A stretch of DNA of 64,000 bases from the NCBI GenBank assembly GCA_027487075.1, contig JAIYEG010000002.1, positions 79,202-143,201 on the forward strand. Reading direction: 5' to 3'. The notes below the pieces were generated by a model. It saw only the letters and a program-made list of their open reading frames with translations. It was not told the origin of the DNA and ran no database searches. A program made the position numbers and the translations under genes. Positions 56,468 to 64,000 of the stretch are shown here, one piece after another. How positions within the stretch are numbered: the stretch's first letter is position 1; each line of letters opens with the position of its first letter. Origin of the DNA: a bacterium. GTDB lineage: Bacteria > Patescibacteriota > Minisyncoccia > Phycocordibacterales > CALRBL01.

Positions 56468-56809
56468 CTAGACCGACTCAGAAAGACCGAGCACCTGGTC
56501 AAAAACATCCTGGCTGAATTCCGCTCCAGCGCGCTTTTGAACGAGGGAGCGGATCTCACTGACGATACCGGCGGAATCAAGGACTCCGGCAGTCTTTTTC
56601 TTGAGCAGGTTCTGAAGATCGATCGGCTCAAGCCAATGCATCACCATGAGGGTGAGGCAGGCATGCAGTAGAGCGTATTGCTTTTCTGCACCGAACAAAC
56701 GGAGAAGGATTCCTGCGAGAGTATTCGCGGATGGTTGTTGCGGCTCCACCTTAGAAGGTGTAGCCGTAGAGCTTGCAGGACTGCTAAAAAATCTGCGCAG
56801 TATTTGCAT
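56468..56809 (-). CDS. Hypothetical protein (113 aa)
   Basis: The ORF ends 20 nt before the strong terminator. No motif. Confidence 0.35.
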   Translation of the reverse strand: MQILRRFFSSPASSTATPSKVEPQQPSANTLAGILLRLFGAEKQYALLHACLTLMVMHWLEPIDLQNLLKKKTAGVLDSAGIVSEIRSLVQKRAGAEFSQDVFDQVLGLSESV

Positions 56810-56943
56810 GCGGGTGAGTCTTTCTAAGTTTATGGTGGGAGGAACACTTCACAATCGCGTGAAGTTTCAAGGGTAAATGATACTCTATTTTAGACAAATA
56901 GTCAATCCCCACTGTGGAAAACACCCATGATATACTAGCTACT

Positions 56944-58302
56944 ATGCACACCCCTATTGTCACCAGATTTGCTCCTAGCCCCACCGGAATGCTCCATTCA
57001 GGCAACTATCGCACCGCTGTTTTTGCCTTCCTGTTTGCCAAGCACCACGGCGGCAAAATGGTCCTCCGTATCGAAGATACCGACACCGCCCGCAGCTCAA
57101 AAACCTACGAAAATAACATCCTGGAAAGCCTCCAGTGGCTCGGTATTACCCACGACGAGTTCTACCGCCAAAGCGAGCGAGGCGAGATCTACCAAAGTTA
57201 CCTCCAAAAGCTCATCGACAGCGGTCATGCATATATCTCAAACAGCGAGCTTGGTGCCGACATGGAAGGTCGTCGCGCCTCGGTGATCCGTTTCAAGAAT
57301 CCAAATAAGAAAGTGGCCTTTGATGATGTCATTCGTGGTCACATCGAATTCGACACCACAGAGCTTGGTGACTTTGTAATTGCAAAAAGCTTGACCGAGC
57401 CCATCTTTCACTTTGCAGTGGTGGTGGACGACTATCTCATGGGTATCAGCCACGTCATCCGCGGTGAAGATCATATCTCAAACACTCCTCGTCAAATTCT
57501 CATCCAAGAAGCACTTGGTGCGCCAACACCCATCTATGCACATCTTCCGCTCATTCTTTCTCCCGATCGTACCAAGCTTTCGAAGCGCAAAGGTGCAAAA
57601 GCTCTCACCGAATACCGTGACAAAGGCTACCTCAAAGAAGCAGTGCTTAACTATCTCGCTTTCCTCGGGTGGAATCCAGGTGACGATCGCGAACTTCTTT
57701 CTGAAAGTGAGCTCATCAACCTTTTCAGCTTCGAGCGCGTGCAAAAGAGCGGTGCTATTTTCGATGAAGTAAAACTCGCATGGATGAACAAGGAGTACAT
57801 CAAACGACTTCCTGAAGAAGCATGGAAAAAAGAAGTGCTCGAGCGACTTCCCGAAGACATTCTTGAACACCCACATTTTGAAGCACGCAAAGCAAAAGTA
57901 CTTCCCCTCATTATCGAGCGTATTTCAACATTTGGAGAAGTAGAAGAGATGGCAAAAAGTGGCGAGCTCAACTTTTACTTTAATGCACCAAAACTCTCGA
58001 TCGCCAACATCATGCCTCCAGAAAAAATGCGCAAGGGCAGGGAAGTGAGCGAGGACATAGTAAAGGGAATTCTCACCCATGTCGTCAGTCTTCTCGAATC
58101 AATTCCTGAACATGAATTTACCAAAGAACGAGTTAAAGAAATCGTCTTCCCGTACGCAGATCAAGAGGGAAGAGGGATGGTCTTGTGGCCTATGCGTTAT
58201 GCACTCTCGGGCAGGGACAAATCACCTGACCCCTTCGAACTTTGTGATATCCTAGGTAAAGTAGAAAGTATTAAAAGATTACACGCATGCGTCGCACACT
58301 GA
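56944..58302 (+). CDS. gltX: Glutamyl-tRNA synthetase
   Basis: VTRFAPSPTGMLHSGNYRTAVFAFLFAK, KMSKS variant KLSKRKG. The ORF-track start is a GTG at 56914. The ATG at 56944 (MHTPIVTRF) is preferred. Confidence 0.9.
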   Translation: MHTPIVTRFAPSPTGMLHSGNYRTAVFAFLFAKHHGGKMVLRIEDTDTARSSKTYENNILESLQWLGITHDEFYRQSERGEIYQSYLQKLIDSGHAYISNSELGADMEGRRASVIRFKNPNKKVAFDDVIRGHIEFDTTELGDFVIAKSLTEPIFHFAVVVDDYLMGISHVIRGEDHISNTPRQILIQEALGAPTPIYAHLPLILSPDRTKLSKRKGAKALTEYRDKGYLKEAVLNYLAFLGWNPGDDRELLSESELINLFSFERVQKSGAIFDEVKLAWMNKEYIKRLPEEAWKKEVLERLPEDILEHPHFEARKAKVLPLIIERISTFGEVEEMAKSGELNFYFNAPKLSIANIMPPEKMRKGREVSEDIVKGILTHVVSLLESIPEHEFTKERVKEIVFPYADQEGRGMVLWPMRYALSGRDKSPDPFELCDILGKVESIKRLHACVAH

Positions 58303-59558
58303 TCATCATAAGCTTCATCGGCATCACCTGGCTCTCTGCCACTGCGGTACGTGCAGAGGATGCAGAGCAACTCCGTGCTCAAATCGAGCTTCGCAACAAA
58401 AATATCAAGGCGCTTGAAGAAGAGATTGCAAAATACCAGGCTGAAGCCGATAAAACTTCTGCCGCAGCACTGACTCTCGCTAATACCATCAAAACGCTCC
58501 AAGCAACAGGTAAAAAACTCGACACCGATATCAAGCTTACCCAAGAAAAAATTAAGGCAACAAATCTTAATATCCAAAAACTCTCAAACGATATCGGCGA
58601 CAAAGAACAGCGTATCAAAAAGAGTCGTGAATCAATCGGTGCCAACATTCGCCTTATCAATGAAAGTGATTTTTCATCACCCATTCACAACTTCCTTAGC
58701 AAGAAAAACATCTCGACAACGTGGGATGCGATCACGCGCATAGTAACGTTGCAAACACAACTTCGAGATCACATTCACAACCTTGATGGTACCAGGACGG
58801 CCCTCGAAGAAGACAAGCAAAAAACGATCGAAAAAAAGGATCAGCTCAGTGACTTTTCAAAGGAACTCACAGACCAAAAAAAAGTAGTCGCCGCAAACAC
58901 CGCTGAGAGAAATAATATCCTTAAAGAAACCAAAAATCAGGAAGCAGCATTTCAGGCACTCGTAAAAGATAAGCAGGCAGCAAAAGCAGCACTCGAAAAA
59001 GAGATTTTTGACTACGAGTCCAAGCTCAAATATATTCTCGATCCTTCGAGTATTCCCGTAGCTGGTTCAGCTCCATTCTCGTGGCCCCTAAAGGATGTAT
59101 TCATCACTCAACAATTTGGTAGAACGTCAGCATCAGGGCGTTTATATGCATCTGGTTCTCACAACGGAACCGATTTTCGAGCGCTCATAGGTACTGCTAT
59201 TTATGCAATGGCTGACGGTGTGGTGGCAGGCACAGGCAACACCGATCTTTCATGTCCTCGTGCATCATTTGGAAAGTGGATTTTGATGAAGCATGACAAC
59301 GGTCTTGCCGCGACCTTCGGACACCTTTCAGTGATATCGGTCCAGGACGGTCAGAAAGTAAAGCGTGGTGACATTATTGGATACTCAGGTAATACCGGCT
59401 ACTCAACTGGTCCACACCTCCATATCAGCGTGTATCCAAACGACGCCGTATCTCCACAGAGTCGTCCAAGCGCAAGTTGTGTAGGAAAGACGCTCTATAT
59501 GCCAATTTCTGCCGTGACCGCATACCTCGATCCGATGCTTTATTTCCCGAAATTATAA
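58287..59558 (+). CDS. M23 metallopeptidase with an N-terminal coiled coil (EnvC-like)
   Basis: Signal peptide, long coiled coil, HNGTDF (HxxxD) and GYSGNTGYSTGPHLHISV (HxH). Confidence 0.85.
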   Translation: MRRTLIIISFIGITWLSATAVRAEDAEQLRAQIELRNKNIKALEEEIAKYQAEADKTSAAALTLANTIKTLQATGKKLDTDIKLTQEKIKATNLNIQKLSNDIGDKEQRIKKSRESIGANIRLINESDFSSPIHNFLSKKNISTTWDAITRIVTLQTQLRDHIHNLDGTRTALEEDKQKTIEKKDQLSDFSKELTDQKKVVAANTAERNNILKETKNQEAAFQALVKDKQAAKAALEKEIFDYESKLKYILDPSSIPVAGSAPFSWPLKDVFITQQFGRTSASGRLYASGSHNGTDFRALIGTAIYAMADGVVAGTGNTDLSCPRASFGKWILMKHDNGLAATFGHLSVISVQDGQKVKRGDIIGYSGNTGYSTGPHLHISVYPNDAVSPQSRPSASCVGKTLYMPISAVTAYLDPMLYFPKL

Positions 59559-59574
59559 AGGTATACTATTTCTT

Positions 59575-61446
59575 ATGTGCGGAATTGCAGGCATTATCGG
59601 AAATCCTCGTTCAAAAAAAGAAACCATCAAGAAGATGGTGGACGCTATCACTCATAGAGGCCCAGACGATGACGGCTACTTTAGCGATCCGTTTGTGACG
59701 TTCGGCATGCGCCGACTTTCTATCATCGACCTTGGCGGAGGCAAGCAGCCTATCGAAAATGAAACGGGGAGCCTTGTCGTTGTCTTCAATGGCGAGATCT
59801 ACAACTATCAGGAACTCTACGACGAGCTCATCGGCAAAGGTCACACCTTTCGCACCAAGAGTGATACCGAGGTGCTCCTCCACCTCTACGAAGAAGAAGG
59901 TGAAGCTATGCTCACCAAACTTCGCGGAATGTTTGCTTTTTCTATTTATGACAAGACCACTAAAGAACTTTTCATCGCGCGCGATTACTTCGGTATCAAG
60001 CCACTTTACTACCTCGTCAAAGATGACAAGATCGTCGCTTACGGGTCAGAGATCAAAAGTTTGCTCCACTATCCAGGCTTCAAGCGAGAGGTAAACAACG
60101 ACGCGGTCTACAACTATCTTTCATATCAATACAACCCGCTCGAAGAAACCTTTTTCAAAGGTATTTGGAAACTTCCCCCTGCAAGCTATCTCAAAATAAA
60201 AATGGACGGCACCAAGCAAAACGTGAGTCAGAATACCTACTGGTCATATAAGTTCGCGCTTCCTGAGACAGACGAGAAAAAACTCAAAGCTGAAGTACTT
60301 TCAGGACTTGAGGATTCGGTGAAAGCACACATGGTAAGCGACGTGCCTGTCGGCTCATTCTTGAGCGGTGGCATCGACAGCGCATCAATCGTGGCACTGA
60401 TGAGCAAGAACACGCAGCAAAAAGTGTCGACCTTCACTATTGGCTTTGACAAAGTCAGCGAGCTCAAGGAAGCAAAGCAGATGGCAGACTTTATCGGCAC
60501 CGATCACCACGAAATCCTTCTCAAATCAGACGAGTATCTTGCCGCGCTTCCGAATATCGTATGGCATTTTGATGAGCCAGTTGCTGATCCTTCGGCCGTT
60601 GCACTTTATTTCCTTGCAAAAGAAGCCCGCAAGCATGTAAAAGTGGTACTTTCAGGTGAAGGCGCAGACGAGCTCTTCGGCGGATACAACATTTACCGCG
60701 AACCATTCGCGCTCCGCAAGCTCAACATCATTCCCAAGGCTCTTCGCGATCTCTTGCTTCGACCTCTCGCATTTTCAGGACTCAAGTTCTTCGGCAAGAA
60801 CTATCTGCGCCGCCATTTTATGAAAATCGAAGATCGCTACATCGGCAACGCCCACATCTTCAAATCAGGAGAGCTTGGACATTTGTGGGTCCACAAAGAT
60901 GGAGAGAGCAGGGAGGATCGCCTTTCACTTGAGCCATGGTATCGCAAGATGAAGGGTCTTACTGACTCACAAAAAATGCAGTCAATCGACATTGCATTTT
61001 GGCTTCCTGGTGACATTCTTCAAAAGGCAGACAAGATGACGATGGCACACTCCCTCGAACTTCGCGTGCCTTTTCTTGATAAGAAGATTGCGGAGATTTC
61101 TGAGAAAGTTCCTGAAAGTTTGAAATACAAAGGAGGGAAGACCAAATACATTTTGCGTGAAGCACTCAAGGGTGTACTTCCTAAGGCAACCGCTGGCCGC
61201 AAGAAGCTTGGCTTCCCTACAGCGCTCCGCCACTGGCTTCGTGAAAAACCTGAGGCTTTCTCTACGGTCATCATAGAAAATGAGTACATCAAAGAGCACT
61301 TCAAGCTCGGCTTCATCAAGCATCTCTTCAAAGAACACGCATCTGGCAAAGCCGACAACTCTCGTAAGATTTATATTCTTTACATCTTGGCGCTTTGGTA
61401 TACTGTGTTTATTGAAGACAAGCCGTCTGTGTCACCTACAGCATAA
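59575..61446 (+). CDS. asnB: Asparagine synthetase (glutamine-hydrolysing)
   Basis: MCGIAGIIG (N-terminal nucleophile Cys2) and SGGIDSASIV PP-loop. Confidence 0.9.
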   Translation: MCGIAGIIGNPRSKKETIKKMVDAITHRGPDDDGYFSDPFVTFGMRRLSIIDLGGGKQPIENETGSLVVVFNGEIYNYQELYDELIGKGHTFRTKSDTEVLLHLYEEEGEAMLTKLRGMFAFSIYDKTTKELFIARDYFGIKPLYYLVKDDKIVAYGSEIKSLLHYPGFKREVNNDAVYNYLSYQYNPLEETFFKGIWKLPPASYLKIKMDGTKQNVSQNTYWSYKFALPETDEKKLKAEVLSGLEDSVKAHMVSDVPVGSFLSGGIDSASIVALMSKNTQQKVSTFTIGFDKVSELKEAKQMADFIGTDHHEILLKSDEYLAALPNIVWHFDEPVADPSAVALYFLAKEARKHVKVVLSGEGADELFGGYNIYREPFALRKLNIIPKALRDLLLRPLAFSGLKFFGKNYLRRHFMKIEDRYIGNAHIFKSGELGHLWVHKDGESREDRLSLEPWYRKMKGLTDSQKMQSIDIAFWLPGDILQKADKMTMAHSLELRVPFLDKKIAEISEKVPESLKYKGGKTKYILREALKGVLPKATAGRKKLGFPTALRHWLREKPEAFSTVIIENEYIKEHFKLGFIKHLFKEHASGKADNSRKIYILYILALWYTVFIEDKPSVSPTA

Positions 61447-61804
61447 AGGAGTGATCCCACCTTACGTGCGATGACTGTTTTGTCCTGGAGATGAGTTTGA
61501 ATGGCGTTCGCACGAATGCCGGCTCTTTTCAGGAAACAACGTTAGTAATTAGCCTATCGATAAAGCGCAATGCAACTGAGTACCACTCAACACTGCCGCG
61601 GGTCCGATATCAGTATCGGACATCACCCCATCGTAACGACGGAGCCGTCCGTCCACTGAAAGGAGGTGATTTGATTCACTCAAAGGTAAGCGGCACACGC
61701 CCTCTCAACTGCGTGACCAAATACTGATGAGTAGACCGTGCGCAACGGACAACGGTCGTCCACGCGCTTAGGCCGGCGAGTTTAAACGGCTCGTCTCATT
61801 CCAA

Positions 61805-61850
61805 GCACCCGGATACATGTCTCATCGAGATGTGCCCGGGTGCTTTTTTA
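61805..61850 (+). terminator. Intrinsic terminator closing a roughly 400-nt structured noncoding region
   Basis: GCACCCGG...(inner imperfect hairpin)...CCGGGTGC + tttttt. Confidence 0.6.
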
Positions 61851-61882
61851 TTCTATTAACAATACCTGTAGATATGCTATAG

Positions 61883-62398
61883 TTGCTGTACATGAAATCC
61901 TGGCTTAAAAAGCTTTTTTATACTGTAAATAACACTCCTAAAAAACCAGATCAGGAGCTTTTTGATCGTGCTTACAGTAATCGCAAAGAAGAAATTATTT
62001 CTTTAAGAAAATATGATCGTGGAGAAAAACAAATTACACCATCCAACCTCAGAAAACTTGTTCAGAGCATACGCTAAACTGCAAGAACTTGAGTCTATTC
62101 CTATAGATATCCTACTGACGAAAATAAAGCTGCGGCATACTTCTGCTACATAATAAAAGATCATCCCGTAACAGACGGAAACAAAAGACTCGCTGTATAT
62201 TATTTAGAAATTTTCTGTGAAGAACACGATCTTAAAATTGACTTGCCGGTATACCCAGAAAAGATGACGCTAGATAAGCTTGCGGTATCAGTAGAAAATA
62301 CAAGTAGTAAAGATATGGACATGGATAATCTTATAAAAGCTGTTGAAATTATATTATTCAAACTAAACAAAGCACACAAGGAGGTAAGAATTTCATAG
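61883..62398 (+). pseudogene. Doc/Fic-family toxin gene interrupted by two in-frame stops
   Basis: The same frame reads MLYMKSW...KLVQSIR, then TAA (62075) and TGA (62090), then ...YFCYIIKDHPVTDGNKRLAVYYLEIF... (Fic motif HPxxDGNKR), ending in TAG at 62396. There is no start codon between the stops and the motif. Confidence 0.55.
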
Positions 62399-62689
62399 CA
62401 CCTAACAGTCTAGAACTTTCATGCTTGAAGAGTAGGGAAGAGTCCCCTGCTACTAAAGGCTAAAAAGTAAGACTTCGGTAAGTAGGCGAGTATACATCAA
62501 CGATGATTAAGAAACTATAAAAGTATGATGGATATTTTGCATTAGCAGAATTCATAAGAGCGCCAAAGGTATCAAAAAAAATACAGCTTTAGCAATACAG
62601 AATGTCGGGAGTAGCGTAGTATAGTGTGTCGCAAAAGATACATTGTGCGACATCATATATGCCGCTCCCCTAGGAGTTATCCACAGTCA

Positions 62690-62730
62690 ATAAATAAAAA
62701 ACTGGCGTGGATTTCTCCACGCCAGTTGAT
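62690..62730. terminator. Bidirectional terminator
   Basis: aaaaaaCTGGCGTGGA-tttc-TCCACGCCAGttgatt, a 10-bp stem with a T-run on the minus strand. Confidence 0.6.
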
Positions 62731-62777
62731 TAATCTGCCCTCCTTCCTATTAAAATTTAATTGAGAAATGTTGCAGC

Positions 62778-63212
62778 TTAGGCTGCCGCAGCCATTTCCT
62801 CAGCACCAGGAGGAAAGATCACATTCGTTGCGCACCCAACGATGTAGTCGAACGTGATGTTCTGATCGGTGACGTCGAGCGCCGTAAACGCCGCATGCGT
62901 CTTGAGGATCTTCAGTCCGATCAGCTTCCGCAGCAGATCGTTGACAACTGCTTTGGTGGTACGCATCCGACGGCAAACCACTGCACGCAACTCCTTCGTA
63001 TTCACCATAGTGGCAGTAATTTCCTCTACCACCTTCCTTCGAGTTCGCGTAGCATTGCGATTGAATTCTTCGCGAGAGCGCTCCTGGAAATGTGCGTTGT
63101 AGACGACCCGGAGGATTTCCTGAAGGATTTCCTGGGGGGTCCGGAAGTTGGTAGGATTCTGACGGACCGTCTTGCAACGAGCCCCACGATGACGAACTTT
63201 CTTTTTGATCAT
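62778..63212 (-). CDS. Hypothetical basic protein
   Basis: 144-aa ORF. A terminator lies downstream on the minus strand. No motif recognised. Confidence 0.4.
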   Translation of the reverse strand: MIKKKVRHRGARCKTVRQNPTNFRTPQEILQEILRVVYNAHFQERSREEFNRNATRTRRKVVEEITATMVNTKELRAVVCRRMRTTKAVVNDLLRKLIGLKILKTHAAFTALDVTDQNITFDYIVGCATNVIFPPGAEEMAAAA

Positions 63213-63303
63213 TGAATATGACTAACTGAGTTAACAAACGTTCCATGGCCCAATAGCCACTTCACGTACCAAAGAATATTTAACCACATAGTCTCTAAAC
63301 ACA

Positions 63304-63331
63304 CAAGACCCGCCGGTAAGGGCGGGTCTTG
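63304..63331. terminator. Terminator hairpin
   Basis: CAAGACCCGCC-ggtaag-GGCGGGTCTTG. Confidence 0.5.
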
Positions 63332-63350
63332 TGACGAAAACTTCTATTGA

Positions 63351-63821
63351 TTACTTAACACTCACATTCACAGCGAGAGCTTGGTCTGCCTTGGGTCCCC
63401 AACATGGTCGGGACGCACTCCATGGCTGAGCCCCCTGCTCGTCGTACAGATACTCACCGTACTCAAGGTTACCCTTAAGTGTATAAATATCGAATCCGAG
63501 CTCTTTAGAACGTTGGAGGTGATACTTCTCATTGATCTGCATTACCCCCACATCGGCAGGATTCACCTTCCCTCGAAGGAGTACCCCATCCGATACATAC
63601 TGTCGATAATGTGATTCACAGCGAGCGATTTCGGCAAGAAGTGGCTTGTCCTTAAAGAACTCGCGTGTAATCTTCTTGATGTCAGCACTGCTGGTTGCGT
63701 TAGTAATGTCAATATTCTGTTCTGTAGTTGTTACTGCGACTGTCTGAGCCTCTAGATTAACTGGGCCTTTGATGATGTCAGGGGTATTTGCTACCGAGAC
63801 GAGCATCATCGAACTAATCAA
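63351..63821 (-). CDS. Transglycosylase (SLT/lysozyme-like) domain protein, likely secreted
   Basis: ...IARCESHYRQYVSDGVLLRGKVNPADVGVMQINEKYH... resembles the SLT catalytic region (ES...GLMQI). N-terminal hydrophobic signal. Confidence 0.5.
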   Translation of the reverse strand: MISSMMLVSVANTPDIIKGPVNLEAQTVAVTTTEQNIDITNATSSADIKKITREFFKDKPLLAEIARCESHYRQYVSDGVLLRGKVNPADVGVMQINEKYHLQRSKELGFDIYTLKGNLEYGEYLYDEQGAQPWSASRPCWGPKADQALAVNVSVK

Positions 63822-64000
63822 TATTTGTAAAATAAGCCTTTTTTTAGCTGGTAATCCGCATATCCGTTACTCATTCGTATTATGCTGGTTGCACAGTTTT
63901 CTTAGATCACACCTTGGTCGTACTCCCCTGAATACATAATGTAGTGATGGGAAGACCAATGTGAGTTCCTTGAAAGAAAAAGCCAGATCTGATCTGGTTA

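Noticed and set aside
61720-61800. Hammerhead ribozyme (CUGAUGA at 61724-61730)
   Set aside because: The required downstream GAAA core and three-helix junction are not present.
61883-62398. Alternative genetic code (TGA read as Gly) rescuing the Doc/Fic gene
   Set aside because: One of the two stops is TAA. All other genes in the window terminate normally at TGA/TAA/TAG and contain no in-frame TGA.
1-64000. CRISPR arrays, tRNA genes, transposases and integrases
   Set aside because: No regularly spaced direct repeats, no GTTCGAATC/T-arm-bearing cloverleaf candidates in the intergenic regions, and no ORF with DDE or tyrosine-recombinase motifs were seen.

Overview
This window looks like a Candidate Phyla Radiation (Patescibacteria)-type bacterial chromosome segment, standard genetic code. 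The lineage call is inferred from several traits together: many type IV pilin-like genes, a truncated AlaRS, an AspRS without the GAD domain, a DnaJ without the zinc finger, many overlapping gene junctions, and aaRS genes scattered among hypothetical proteins. Core genes are dense: six aaRS genes (leuS, alaS, tyrS, trpS, aspS, gltX), the infA-rpmJ-rpsM-rpsK-rpsD-rpoA-rplQ-rplM-rpsI ribosomal cluster, grpE/dnaK/dnaJ, scpAB, a cell-wall block (dacA-like, mraY, ftsW, murG, mltG), mnmA, pepF and asnB. A four-gene prepilin/minor-pilin operon runs off the window start, and an RNase P RNA gene (rnpB) is recognisable from its conserved blocks. Compositionally aberrant accessory islets sit between the housekeeping genes. 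They include a Nudix hydrolase domain inserted in-frame inside leuS, and a MazF/PemK-like toxin with no antitoxin gene, beside a tiny promoter-plus-terminator sRNA candidate and an orphan roughly 300-nt 16S rRNA 5'-domain-like fragment with its own terminator. There is also a very AT-rich ORF start-stop coupled to tyrS, and an ABC exporter / PEP-utilising phosphotransferase / AT-rich ORF trio. A CooC/MinD-like ATPase operon pairs with a GC-rich CxC-motif protein under two copies of a palindromic operator, and a Doc/Fic toxin gene is interrupted by two in-frame stops. Three GC-rich structured noncoding stretches (two flanking rnpB, one after asnB) end in clean intrinsic terminators and remain unassigned. 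No CRISPR array, tRNA, transposase or integrase was seen.
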